Assembly: GCA_965223705.1 (NCBI GenBank)
Contig: OZ245015.1
Location: 3,456,001 to 3,520,000, forward strand
DNA from: Myxococcota bacterium
Lineage (GTDB): Bacteria > Myxococcota_A > UBA9160 > UBA6930
Length of the DNA stretch: 64,000 bases
Reading direction: 5' to 3'
Under the pieces are notes generated by a model. The model saw only the letters and a program-made list of their open reading frames with translations. It did not search any database and was not told the origin of the DNA. The first letter of the stretch is position 1. Each line of letters starts with the position of its first letter. The translations under genes were made by a program, and so were the position numbers. Shown piece after piece: positions 1-9,542 of the stretch.

Positions 1-1
1 C

Positions 2-934
2 CCCTGGGCCTTCACGGGTGCCGGTCTGAACGAGCTCGCCAACAGCGTCGTCATCGGAAACGATCTGTTCGATCTTCAGGTGAACGTTCGCGATCGCGGC
101 CCGCGGCGAAAACTGCAGCACGGCCAGGGCGGTGCGCGTTTCAAGGCGATCTGGGGCGATATCGATTTCAGCCTGAACTACTTCTACGGCTATTCCGCCG
201 ATACCGGTGCCAAGGTGCGCTCGGATCTCGGGACGACCCAGGGCAACACCATCTCCTCGGTGGTGGATCTCGTAAACCCCCGCACCCATGTGTTCGGCGT
301 GACCGCCAACTACTCCGAGGAGATCTACACCCAATCGGTGATCCGCCTAGAGGCGACGCTCACGACCGGCGTCCCCGTGAGCTACGCGGCGGGCACACCG
401 GAGACCGTCGACTCGGGCCTCGATCAGTTCGACACGGCCAAGCGCACGGTGGTGATGTTGGGAGTCGACCGTCCGACGTGGATCCGCACACTGAATCGGT
501 CGCGCACGTTCTTCATCTCGACCCAGATCTTCTGGCGCCGCTACATCGACTACAGCTCGGACTACCGTGGGATTCCCGCGGTAGAGCCGGCTGTCATCAA
601 TGGCGCCGTAATCGATGACCGGTTCGTGAGCGTGAATACCGACGAGATCGACCGCGACGAATTCGTGATCACGTTCTCGGCCTCGACGAGCTACGGCTCG
701 GCCGGACTCTTTCAGCCGCTTTTCGTGGTCGCTTACGATCCCATCTCGACAGGCGGCTACACCCAGCTCGCTTTCAACTACCTCTGGTCGAAGCACATCG
801 TGTTCCGCGCAGAACAGCACTACTACTGGGGCGGAAGCGGCGGCGATCCGGGACCGTGGGCGCTCGGCGATATCTGGGGCTCCACTGAGCAGAGCCGCCA
901 TGAAACCGTCTTCAGTGTGACCTTCCAGTTTTGA
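2..934 (+). CDS. Outer-membrane beta-barrel protein, DUF1302-like (5' truncated by window edge)
   Basis: Frame is open from nt 2. Alternating aromatic/polar beta-strand pattern and C-terminal VTFQF ending in Phe. Family assignment by resemblance only. Confidence 0.6.
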   Translation, partial: PWAFTGAGLNELANSVVIGNDLFDLQVNVRDRGPRRKLQHGQGGARFKAIWGDIDFSLNYFYGYSADTGAKVRSDLGTTQGNTISSVVDLVNPRTHVFGVTANYSEEIYTQSVIRLEATLTTGVPVSYAAGTPETVDSGLDQFDTAKRTVVMLGVDRPTWIRTLNRSRTFFISTQIFWRRYIDYSSDYRGIPAVEPAVINGAVIDDRFVSVNTDEIDRDEFVITFSASTSYGSAGLFQPLFVVAYDPISTGGYTQLAFNYLWSKHIVFRAEQHYYWGGSGGDPGPWALGDIWGSTEQSRHETVFSVTFQF

Positions 935-1593
935 GCGCACGCGCGCTGCGTTGGGCGGTGGGAATTTCGCTGCTTGCCCTGGCGGCCATCGCGGGCTTCG
1001 GTCTCTACAGCCAGAGCGGCGGAGCGAGCTTCACCCCCATCGCGCCGACGAACCGGATGGAAGGGGCGGCGCTGCTCTCGATCCCCCACTTGCTCGAGGA
1101 TTTCGATCTCGTCGACGACGAGGGCCGAGCCTTTACTCCGGCGCGCCTCACCGGCCGCTGGACTCTGCTGTTCTTCGGTTACACCCACTGCCCCGACATC
1201 TGCCCGGTGACGCTCCAGAGCTTGGGTGACGTGATGCCGCTGCTCTCGACAGGGGAGGACCACGAGGAACCCCAGGTCTTCTTCGTCTCCGTCGACCCGG
1301 AGAACGACAGCGCCGAGCGCCTGCGTGAGTACGTTGACTTTTTCCACCCCGCGTTCGTCGGCGTAACCGGGAGCCCGGACGAGATCTCCGCCTTTGCCCT
1401 CGATGCGGGGGCGTTCTTCGAAGTGCATGAGCGAGCGGAGGGCGAAGATCCCCTGGTGAGCCACGCCTCATCCCTGTTTCTCGTCGATCCCAAGGGCCGT
1501 TTGGCGGCCCTCCTCGACGCTCCCGGTGAGCCTCGACGCTTTGCCGAGCTGTTCGCACGCGTGAAGGTGATGATTGCGGAGGCGTCGGGATGA
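931..1593 (+). CDS. SCO1/SenC family copper chaperone
   Basis: FFGYTHCPDICP (CxxxC) motif, distal His in VSHASSLFLVDP, N-terminal membrane anchor. TTG start overlaps the upstream stop. Confidence 0.93.
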   Translation: MSARALRWAVGISLLALAAIAGFGLYSQSGGASFTPIAPTNRMEGAALLSIPHLLEDFDLVDDEGRAFTPARLTGRWTLLFFGYTHCPDICPVTLQSLGDVMPLLSTGEDHEEPQVFFVSVDPENDSAERLREYVDFFHPAFVGVTGSPDEISAFALDAGAFFEVHERAEGEDPLVSHASSLFLVDPKGRLAALLDAPGEPRRFAELFARVKVMIAEASG

Positions 1594-2024
1594 GCTTCGC
1601 GCGCCGCTCCGTGCTGCCCCTCTTCGGAGCTCTCGTCGCCGCGTGCTCTGCGGGGCAGGAACTCACGGCGCGCGATGCTTGGATCCGCCTCTCACCTCCG
1701 GGCTCCAATGCCGCCGCGTTCCTCACACTCGAAAACCACGGCACGACGCTGCGTCGCGTGACGACCGCCGAAAGTGCGGATGGCTTCGCGGTTGAGTTGC
1801 ACGAGACGGTGGAGCGCGACGGCGTCGCGCGGATGGGGAAGCTCGACGGGCTCGAGATCCCCGGTGGCCAATCCGTCACACTCAAACCTCGCGGCATCCA
1901 CCTGATGCTTCTCCGACCGCCGACCTTCCGCGAGGGTCAGATGGTTCGGCTGTGGCTCACGCTCGATGATGGAACGCGGCTCCCCGTCGAGGCGCAGGTA
2001 CGGCGCAAGGCTCCGGCGCGGTGA
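1590..2024 (+). CDS. Periplasmic copper chaperone PCu(A)C, lipoprotein
   Basis: H-x10-M-x21-H-x-M motif (ELHETVERDGVARM...GIHLM) and lipobox-like VAAC. Confidence 0.92.
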   Translation: MSFARRSVLPLFGALVAACSAGQELTARDAWIRLSPPGSNAAAFLTLENHGTTLRRVTTAESADGFAVELHETVERDGVARMGKLDGLEIPGGQSVTLKPRGIHLMLLRPPTFREGQMVRLWLTLDDGTRLPVEAQVRRKAPAR

Positions 2025-2596
2025 ACGCGTTCGGCCGCCCGACCCGGCTCTTGCCCGTTCTCGCGCTCGCTCTCGGATGTGGAAATCCGACCATCGAGGA
2101 GCGCTGGGAACCCGCCGAGGAAGGCGCCCGGGTCTCCCGGGAAATTGCCCAGACACTGTGCGGTCCGCTTCTCGAGCGAGGTCAGGCGGCGCTCCTCGTG
2201 GGAGGCGAGGGAGAAGGAGCGAGCCCGCGCGAGCCCTATGACCTCTGCATGCGGCAACAGGGCTGGGTCCTCCACTCGGAGAACGCCCGGGACGTCGGGG
2301 ACGCGATGCGGGCCGAAGTCGATGAGTTTCTCGATCGCGAAGTCGCGCCGCGACACTCCAAGCGAGAACTCGCCAGCGCCTTCGGTGCACCCGTTTGCTA
2401 CGGAGCCCCGCCCGGCACCGGACTCTGCGGCCCACTGGCTGAGGGTGAGCCCGACCCCGAGGCGGAGACCTGTGTGTGGGAGTTCGCATACCACTCGCGC
2501 GTGGCCCGGCAGCGCTTCACCGTGGTGCTGACCTGCCTGCTCCCCCAAAACGGGGGGCCGCGGGGCGAGGGATCTTGTCAGCTCGACGCCCGCTAG
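2021..2596 (+). CDS. Hypothetical Cys-rich lipoprotein
   Basis: GTG start overlaps the upstream TGA. Lipobox LALGC and 8 Cys in total. Confidence 0.6.
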   Translation: MNAFGRPTRLLPVLALALGCGNPTIEERWEPAEEGARVSREIAQTLCGPLLERGQAALLVGGEGEGASPREPYDLCMRQQGWVLHSENARDVGDAMRAEVDEFLDREVAPRHSKRELASAFGAPVCYGAPPGTGLCGPLAEGEPDPEAETCVWEFAYHSRVARQRFTVVLTCLLPQNGGPRGEGSCQLDAR

Positions 2597-2612
2597 CGGT
2601 GCAGCGCGGGGA

Positions 2613-3428
2613 TCAGGGCGACTCCTCGCTCTCTTGAATGGAACGGATGTACGCGACGTAGAGCATGATCTCGCCGCGCGCCGCGGCATCGCCCCCCATG
2701 CCCCCGGGGCGGCGGAATCGCTCGCCCCAAATGGGCATGTCGCGACTGCCGTGGGCCAGAACCTTCTCCCGGCCGTCGATCGCCGCAGCCACCCGTCTCG
2801 AGGGGAACTTTCCGCCGTTGCGGCGGCTGAGGGAGCGCAGGTCAGCCGGGGCCTCCTGCAACATCTCTGCGAGGTAGCCGTCTCCGCGTCCGGAGCTGCC
2901 GTGGCACGCCGCGCAGTTTTTCCGGAACTGCTCCTGCCCGACCTGGGCCACGGTTCGGTCCCGCTTCTCGGTCTCTCGCGACGGCGCGGGCTCGACGCCG
3001 ACCTGAATGCTCCGCAGGTACGCGACAAGCAGTGCGATCTCGCCCGCGACTTCCGACTCGTCTTTCTCGCCGCCCGCGCCGAGGCGTTCCCCCCAGATCG
3101 GCATCTCGGCCGAACCGTGGGCCCGAGCCCGGGACCGACCGTCGATGATGCGCGCGATCTCGTCCGCCTCGAATACTCCGCTACGCCGCTTCGCGATCGC
3201 CGTGAGATCGGGCGGCGGCACCCTCAGGAGGCTCGCGAACTCGCCCGCACCCCGGGCATCCGGACCGTGGCACGTCGCGCAGTGCCGCTCATACGAAGCG
3301 CGCCCAACCAGGACCGCCTCTTCGGCTTCCTCTTCGGCGAGCGCGGGCGCGCCACTGCTCGAGAGCAAGAGACAAAGAACCAAGCCCAACCTGCTATACC
3401 GCGATGCCATCCAGTCTCCTTCTTCCAC
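2613..3428 (-). CDS. Di-heme class I c-type cytochrome with two tandem repeated domains
   Basis: Signal peptide, CATCH and CAACH motifs, each followed by AHGS-x2-MPIWGE. True start may be the second Met (3410). Confidence 0.9.
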   Translation of the reverse strand: MEEGDWMASRYSRLGLVLCLLLSSSGAPALAEEEAEEAVLVGRASYERHCATCHGPDARGAGEFASLLRVPPPDLTAIAKRRSGVFEADEIARIIDGRSRARAHGSAEMPIWGERLGAGGEKDESEVAGEIALLVAYLRSIQVGVEPAPSRETEKRDRTVAQVGQEQFRKNCAACHGSSGRGDGYLAEMLQEAPADLRSLSRRNGGKFPSRRVAAAIDGREKVLAHGSRDMPIWGERFRRPGGMGGDAAARGEIMLYVAYIRSIQESEESP

Positions 3429-3506
3429 TAGCTAAATTATAGATCCTCGAATGACGCTGCCGCACAATGCGGAGTGAATTTGGCTGCACACCTGCGAGGA
3501 AACGAC

Positions 3507-4622
3507 ATGAAAAAGCGAACGGCCTTCTTTCACGACGAGCGATGTCTGTGGCACAGCACGCAGGGGCTATTCGCGTTGGTCCTACCCGTAGGTGGCTGGG
3601 TTCAGCCGCCGGCTGGCGCCGGTCTCGCTGAGTCCCCTGAATCGAAACGCCGCGCCATTTCGCTGCTGCAGGTATCGGGTCTCGCGGACGCGGTAGCGCT
3701 GCAGAGCGCACCGACCGCTACCGAGGAGACACTCTTGCGCGTGCACCCCCGTTCCTATCTAGATCGTTTTCGCGAGCTGTCCGACGCGCAGGGCGGCGAG
3801 CTCGGGCCCTTCGCGCCTTTCGGCCCGGGGAGCTACGACATCGCCAAGGTTTCCGCCGGGCTCGCGGTGGCCGCGGTGGACGCCGTTCTGAGCGGCGACT
3901 ATCAGAATGCCTACTCCATGTCGCGGCCGCCGGGACACCACTGTCTTCCGGATCAACCGATGGGCTTCTGCTTGTTGGCGAACATCGCGATCGCCATCGA
4001 AGCGGCGCGAGAAAAACACGGTGTGGAACGCGTGGTGGTACTCGACTGGGACGTGCACCACGGCAACGGCACGCAGACGGTGTTCTACGAGCGCGACGAC
4101 GTGCTGACGATTTCTCTACATCAAGAAGGCTGTTTCCCGCCGGCCTACAGCGGCGCCGACGATCGCGGCGACGGCAAGGGGCTCGGCTTCAACATGAATG
4201 TGCCGCTTCTGCCCGGCGGAGGACATGCGGCCTATATGTACGCCATGGAACGCATGGTCGTTCCCGCAATCGAACGCCATCGCCCCGACCTCATCGTCAT
4301 CGCATCGGGTTACGACGCGGGTAGCGTGGATCCCCTCGCACGGATGCTCCTCCACAGCGAGTCCTATCGAGAGCTGACACGGCAGGTGATGGCGCTCGCG
4401 GACAGCCACTGCAATGGGCGGTTGGTGATGGTGCACGAAGGGGGATACGCCGAATCCTACGTGCCGTTTTGCGTGCACGCCGTGACGGAAGCACTCGCCG
4501 GCGAACGCACGGAGGTCATCGACCCCATGCTCGAGATGTTCGAAGCCTGGCAACCGAACGTTCGGGCGGAAGCCTTGCAGCGGGAATTGATCGACGAGAT
4601 GGCGAAGCTCCACAACTTGTAG
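3507..4622 (+). CDS. Class II histone deacetylase-like amidohydrolase (lysine/acylpolyamine deacylase)
   Basis: RPPGHH, DWDVHHGNGTQ and HEGGY motifs. GAGGA ribosome-binding site before ATG 3507. Confidence 0.93.
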   Translation: MKKRTAFFHDERCLWHSTQGLFALVLPVGGWVQPPAGAGLAESPESKRRAISLLQVSGLADAVALQSAPTATEETLLRVHPRSYLDRFRELSDAQGGELGPFAPFGPGSYDIAKVSAGLAVAAVDAVLSGDYQNAYSMSRPPGHHCLPDQPMGFCLLANIAIAIEAAREKHGVERVVVLDWDVHHGNGTQTVFYERDDVLTISLHQEGCFPPAYSGADDRGDGKGLGFNMNVPLLPGGGHAAYMYAMERMVVPAIERHRPDLIVIASGYDAGSVDPLARMLLHSESYRELTRQVMALADSHCNGRLVMVHEGGYAESYVPFCVHAVTEALAGERTEVIDPMLEMFEAWQPNVRAEALQRELIDEMAKLHNL

Positions 4623-4623
4623 G

Positions 4624-5742
4624 TTAGAAGCGGAAAAAATCCTGCGCGTTCTCCTCAACGATCCGGTTCACCGACTTCACGGGGAGATCCTTGAGCGTTT
4701 CGCGAAGCGTCGCGATGGGACGAACGAACCCCTCGGCGTGGGGATAGTCCGAGCCGAAGAAGAACTTTTCGTCGCCCGCGAACTGAACGATCAGCGGGAA
4801 CATCTTCTCCTCTGGATCTCCGCAGATCCAGATGTTGTTCGCGAAATACTCCTGCGGTGTGCGCTTCATCTGCGAGGTGTCCTTCATGTAGCCGAAGCGG
4901 TAGGAGAGACGCTCGAGCCACTCACCGACCCAACCGGCCATCGCTTCGATGGTGGCGACACGCAGCTTCGGAAAGCGCTCAAAGACCCCGTCGTAGACCA
5001 TCGTGGTGAGGGCCATCCGCGGGTCTTGAATCACGTTCATCGTCACGAACATGAAGCCGGGATACCGATGTTCGTAGTATTGATGACCCGTGTAGCGCGG
5101 GTGCCCGACGAGATGCAGCGAGATACTCAAGTCCGCGGCCTGGGCCGCCGCCCAAACCGGGTCGAGTTCTTCGTGACCCAAACTCTTGCCGGCGACGGGC
5201 ATCGCCGGGACGAAGAGGGTTCGTGCGCCCATTCTTGCGACGCGCTCGATCTCCTTCACGGCGAGCGCCGGATCGCGCAACGAAAGATGGGCCGCCGGGA
5301 ACAGGCGATCCTTGTGATCGGCCGTCAAACTGAAGGCCCAATCGTTGTAGGCGCGGCAGAGCGCATCGGCGAGGAGGGGGTCACCGACGGAGCCCTCCCA
5401 GACGAGACCGAGGCTCGGATACAGGACCTGCTTGTCAAAGCCTTCGTCGTCGAGAAAACGAACGCGGGCGTCCATATCCTGCCACTGGCTGTTTTCGATG
5501 AGGTAGCGGTCGAAGGAGTTGAGGTCTTTTCCCTCTTCCTTCTGGCTATAGGCGACGAGTGCGCCGAGAAGTTCTTCGACGTCAATCAACAGCATGGGCT
5601 TGTTGTCGACGACGAGCCCCCGTTCCCCGGTCCCTTCGTCGCGTGAGAGCTTTACGCAGCGATCCTTGAACTTCGGATCGATGTGAAGCTCGAACAAATC
5701 GAAGGGTTCCATGAAATGGCTGTCACCGTCGATAATGGGCAT
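4624..5742 (-). CDS. Amidohydrolase_2 family protein
   Basis: IIDGDSH at the N-terminus, FERFPKL and GSDYPHAEG. Confidence 0.9.
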   Translation of the reverse strand: MPIIDGDSHFMEPFDLFELHIDPKFKDRCVKLSRDEGTGERGLVVDNKPMLLIDVEELLGALVAYSQKEEGKDLNSFDRYLIENSQWQDMDARVRFLDDEGFDKQVLYPSLGLVWEGSVGDPLLADALCRAYNDWAFSLTADHKDRLFPAAHLSLRDPALAVKEIERVARMGARTLFVPAMPVAGKSLGHEELDPVWAAAQAADLSISLHLVGHPRYTGHQYYEHRYPGFMFVTMNVIQDPRMALTTMVYDGVFERFPKLRVATIEAMAGWVGEWLERLSYRFGYMKDTSQMKRTPQEYFANNIWICGDPEEKMFPLIVQFAGDEKFFFGSDYPHAEGFVRPIATLRETLKDLPVKSVNRIVEENAQDFFRF

Positions 5743-5790
5743 ATCGTCTCCTCCGGAGGATTCCGTGATTCTGAGCCAGTCGAGCGCCTC

Positions 5791-6990
5791 GTGGAACTAG
5801 ATTCTCGTCCCTACCGATGGGTCGTCCTCGTTATCGCGGTCGCGATGAACGCCGTGCCGGCCGGCATGGCCTGGACCTACGTCGCATTGGTCGCGTCCCC
5901 CCTCGTCACCGATTTCGGACGCGGCTTTGAGGACTGGGGAGCGCTTTGGTCGACGATCTCGCTGGGCGCCATGGCCTCGGCGGTCATCGGAGGCGCGTTG
6001 GGCGACCGCTACGGCGTCCGGCAAGTGGTTGGCGTTGGCGGCCTCTTGATGGCAACGACGTTGTTCGTGCGGAGCGAGGCCCAGTCCTACGCAGTCCTGC
6101 TCGCAAGCATGGGCGTGTTTGGCCTCTCCCTCGGTTGTGTCATGCCAAACCTCTCAAAAACCATCGGTCTCTGGTTCCCCGCTCGGGAACTCGGAATGGC
6201 GAACGGGTTCGCGCTGGGCGGAAACGGTGCGGGCATCGCTCTCGGTGCAATCTTCACCCCCTACTGGGTCTCCGCCGCGGGCGGTTGGCGACCCGTTACC
6301 GCCGGGATCGCTTGGGTCGTGGCGATCTTGTCCGTGCTGTGGCTGATCGGGATCCGAAATAGAGCGACCGCTGACGCGCCGAGGCAAGGCCTCTTCGATG
6401 GCCTTCGGCGCGTGATGCGCGTGCGCGACGTCTGGATCCTCGCGGCCTGCTACCTGCTGTTCCTGGGTGGCTACTTGGGGGCCTACGGTTACGCACCGAC
6501 GTACTTCGTGCAGGAGCAAGGCTTCAGCTCGGAGCGAGCTGGATTGATGATCTCGTTGGTGTTGTGGGCCTTCGTCGCCGGCGCGCTGCTGCTTCCCGCA
6601 TGGTCCGATCGCATCGGAGTTCGTCGAACGGTGTTCGCGCCGGCGATGGTCCTCGCGGGCGCCATGCTGTTTCTTTCTGCGCTACCGACCGGACCGAGCC
6701 TGGCCGTGGCGCTCGTCTGCTGGGGACTCGCGGCGGGAGTCGTGCCCCTGTTGTTCGTCGCACCGCTAGAGATGCCGCGAGTGGGCCCCGAACTCGGCGG
6801 GGCGGCGGTGGGAATGGCGCTGACGGCGGGGTTCCTCGGCGGGTTTATCATGCCCCTCGTGGGTTTGCCGCTCGTCGCCAAGCATCCGCTTCTGGGCTTC
6901 GCCTTTTGGGGCGCCTGCTACGCGGCCGCCGGATTGTTGTTCCTCGCGCTGCGGGAGACCGGCCCCGGAGAAAACCCCAGAGTTCCTTGA
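5791..6990 (+). CDS. MFS transporter
   Basis: About 12 hydrophobic segments, motif A GALGDRYGVR and repeat WSDRIGVRR. Start uncertain (GTG 5791 chosen). Confidence 0.88.
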   Translation: MELDSRPYRWVVLVIAVAMNAVPAGMAWTYVALVASPLVTDFGRGFEDWGALWSTISLGAMASAVIGGALGDRYGVRQVVGVGGLLMATTLFVRSEAQSYAVLLASMGVFGLSLGCVMPNLSKTIGLWFPARELGMANGFALGGNGAGIALGAIFTPYWVSAAGGWRPVTAGIAWVVAILSVLWLIGIRNRATADAPRQGLFDGLRRVMRVRDVWILAACYLLFLGGYLGAYGYAPTYFVQEQGFSSERAGLMISLVLWAFVAGALLLPAWSDRIGVRRTVFAPAMVLAGAMLFLSALPTGPSLAVALVCWGLAAGVVPLLFVAPLEMPRVGPELGGAAVGMALTAGFLGGFIMPLVGLPLVAKHPLLGFAFWGACYAAAGLLFLALRETGPGENPRVP

Positions 6991-7002
6991 GGAGAAAAAG
7001 CG

Positions 7003-7854
7003 TTGCTCCAGTGGAAAATCGGAAACGTGACGATCACGCGGATCGTCGAACTCTCCGCGCCGACTTCGGTGCGCTTCATGTTCGACGGGGTCAGCAAGTC
7101 GGACCTTTTGTCCATCGACTGGTTGCATCCGCATTTCGTGACCGCCGAGGGTCACATGCTCTTCAGCATCCACGCCTTGCTGATCGAGTCCGAAGGCCGT
7201 CGGATTATCGTCGACACGTGTCTCGGGAACGACAAGGAGCGCTTGGTCGACGGCTGGGGTATGCGCAGCGGTCCGTTTCTCGACGATATTGCCGCGGCGG
7301 GCTTCCCCCGCGACCGCATCGACACCGTGCTCTGCACGCACCTGCACGTCGACCACGTCGGTTGGAACACCATGCTCGAAGATGGGCAATGGGTGCCGAC
7401 TTTCCCCAATGCCGAGTACCTGTTCGCGAAGGAGGAGTGGGCTTACTGGAGCGAACACGAGCAGACCGAGTTCGGACCGGTCGTTCAAGACTCGGTTCGC
7501 CCGATCGTCGACGCGGGTCTCGCCAAGCTCGTCGAGATGGACCATCGCCTGACTGACGAGGTCTGGCTCGAACCGACCCCCGGTCACACACCGGGACACA
7601 TCAGCGTTCGCATCCGCTCGGAGGGACGAGACGCCATCATCACCGGCGACATGACCCACCACCCGTGCCAGATGAAGCACCCGGAATGGGCGGCCCGTGC
7701 GGACTACGACCCGGTCCAGTCGACGGCCACCCGACGCGCGTTCTACGAGCGTTATGCCGACCAGCCGGTGCTCATCATCGGCACCCACTTCGCAACGCCG
7801 ACCGCCGGTCACGTGGTGCGCGATGGCAATGCCTATCGCTTCGATGTGGATTAG
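7003..7854 (+). CDS. Metallo-beta-lactamase fold hydrolase
   Basis: THLHVDHVG, PGHTPGH and GD motifs. GAGGAG RBS before TTG. Confidence 0.92.
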   Translation: MLQWKIGNVTITRIVELSAPTSVRFMFDGVSKSDLLSIDWLHPHFVTAEGHMLFSIHALLIESEGRRIIVDTCLGNDKERLVDGWGMRSGPFLDDIAAAGFPRDRIDTVLCTHLHVDHVGWNTMLEDGQWVPTFPNAEYLFAKEEWAYWSEHEQTEFGPVVQDSVRPIVDAGLAKLVEMDHRLTDEVWLEPTPGHTPGHISVRIRSEGRDAIITGDMTHHPCQMKHPEWAARADYDPVQSTATRRAFYERYADQPVLIIGTHFATPTAGHVVRDGNAYRFDVD

Positions 7855-7862
7855 GAGGGCGC

Positions 7863-8918
7863 ATGTCACACGCCATCGATTTCGGTCTCTTGCTGGCTTT
7901 TCGCAACCCGCCTCAATGGGCGCAGCCCCGGGAGCAGCTCTACGAAGATCACATCGAGCAGGCGGTCTACGCCGAGGCTCTCGGTTACGACACCGTGTGG
8001 ACCACGGAGCATCACTTTGCGGAAGACGAGTGGTCACCGTCGCTACTTCCGATACTCGCGGCGATGGCGGCGCGCACCACGACGATTCGCCTCGGCACAT
8101 TTTTGATCGTCCTCCCGTTTCACCATCCGGTCCGCGTGGCAGAGGACGCGGCGACGGTGGACATCATCTCGAAAGGGCGCCTGGAGCTCGGCCTGGGTCT
8201 CGGCTACTGGCTCAGTGAATTCGCGAGCTTCAATATTCCGCGCAACCAGCGCGTCCCACGATTGCGCGAGGGCATCGAGATCATTCAGAAGTGCTTCACC
8301 GAAGAATCGTTCTCGTATGAGGGCCGCTTCAACACCCTCCGCCAAATCGAGATGCGGCCCAAGCCCGTTCAGCAGCCGCACCCGCCGATCTGGATCGGAG
8401 CGATGATGGAGAAGTCCGTGCGGCGTACCGCCGAACTGGGGTGCCACCTCGCCGGTAGTGGGGGCGCCGATCTACAACAGATGTACGACCGCGCGCTGGT
8501 CGAGCTCGGCAAAGACGTTAAGGCTCACAAGATCTCGCAGCTGCGTGCTGTCTACATCGCGGAGACCCGCGACGAGGCCTGGGACGACGCCCAGGATCAC
8601 CTGCACTACATGATGAGCAGCTACGATAAACGCTACAAGGAAGCGGACGACCTACCCTGGGCGAAAGAGACGATGACCGCGCCGGAAGTGCCGCCTCCCG
8701 CGGAGCTTCGTCACCTGAAGGACCTGTCCTTCTTCCAAGCTCCGCTCATCGTCGGGACTCCCGACGATGCGATTGCCGAGATCGAACGCTACCGCGCCGA
8801 GACGCGCGTGACGCACCTCGTGATGTGGATGCAGCTTCCCGGTCTGCCCGCGGAAAAGGCGCGGCGCTCTATGGAGCTTTTCGCGAAAGAAGTCATGCCT
8901 CACTTCGCGATAGGATGA
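7863..8918 (+). CDS. Luciferase-like (LLM) flavin-dependent oxidoreductase
   Basis: WTTEHHF, HPVRVAEDAATVD and PHPPIWIG. AGGAGG RBS before ATG 7863. Confidence 0.92.
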   Translation: MSHAIDFGLLLAFRNPPQWAQPREQLYEDHIEQAVYAEALGYDTVWTTEHHFAEDEWSPSLLPILAAMAARTTTIRLGTFLIVLPFHHPVRVAEDAATVDIISKGRLELGLGLGYWLSEFASFNIPRNQRVPRLREGIEIIQKCFTEESFSYEGRFNTLRQIEMRPKPVQQPHPPIWIGAMMEKSVRRTAELGCHLAGSGGADLQQMYDRALVELGKDVKAHKISQLRAVYIAETRDEAWDDAQDHLHYMMSSYDKRYKEADDLPWAKETMTAPEVPPPAELRHLKDLSFFQAPLIVGTPDDAIAEIERYRAETRVTHLVMWMQLPGLPAEKARRSMELFAKEVMPHFAIG

Positions 8919-8922
8919 TCTG

Positions 8923-9390
8923 ATGCACTCCTTTGAAGACGAGTTCGCGATTCGACGGCTGATGGATCAATACGGCGCGGGCGTCGACGAGCGGGACTGG
9001 GACGCGTGGTCGACGATCTTCGACGATCCGCTCGCTACGGATTTCTCGGGAATCGATCCCGCTTTTGCGCCAGCCACGGTATCGCGCGCCGATCATGTGG
9101 CCGGGGCGCGGTCCGTGATCGACCAGTTCGACGCCACCCAGCACATGATCACGAACGTTCAGGTGAGCTTCGAAGGGGATGAAGCGAAGGCCAGGGCCGT
9201 GATGCGTGCGGAACACTGGTTGAGTGGTCTGCGCGGGCCGGCGCGCTACACGATGTTCGGCGTGTACGAAAACAGGTTCAGACGCCGTTCCGCGGGATGG
9301 GTCATTTCCAGCCTGGCGCTGCGTATCACCCGCGACGAGGGAAACCTCGATGTCTGGGCCGAGGCGATCCGCCGCGCCACCGCCGCTTGA
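8923..9390 (+). CDS. NTF2/SnoaL-like (scytalone dehydratase/LinA-like) protein
   Basis: AIRRLMDQYGAGVD..DW and TQHMITN pattern. Confidence 0.85.
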   Translation: MHSFEDEFAIRRLMDQYGAGVDERDWDAWSTIFDDPLATDFSGIDPAFAPATVSRADHVAGARSVIDQFDATQHMITNVQVSFEGDEAKARAVMRAEHWLSGLRGPARYTMFGVYENRFRRRSAGWVISSLALRITRDEGNLDVWAEAIRRATAA

Positions 9391-9415
9391 ACCTGAGTGC
9401 GTGTGAGGTAGAAAG

Positions 9416-9499
9416 ATGACTTCGATCTTGATCACGGGTTGCACGTCGGGAATCGGGGAAAAGGCAGCGGTCGCCCTTGCGCGGGCCGAGGACGACTAG
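9416..9499 (+). pseudogene. N-terminal remnant of a short-chain dehydrogenase
   Basis: GAGG RBS, then MTSILITGCTSGIGEKAAVALARAEDD*. This carries the TGxxxGIG Rossmann motif but stops after 27 aa. Confidence 0.75.
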
Positions 9500-9542
9500 A
9501 ACAGGCTCCTCGTCTCGGTCTCCAGCTTGAGCGCTCCCCGCG

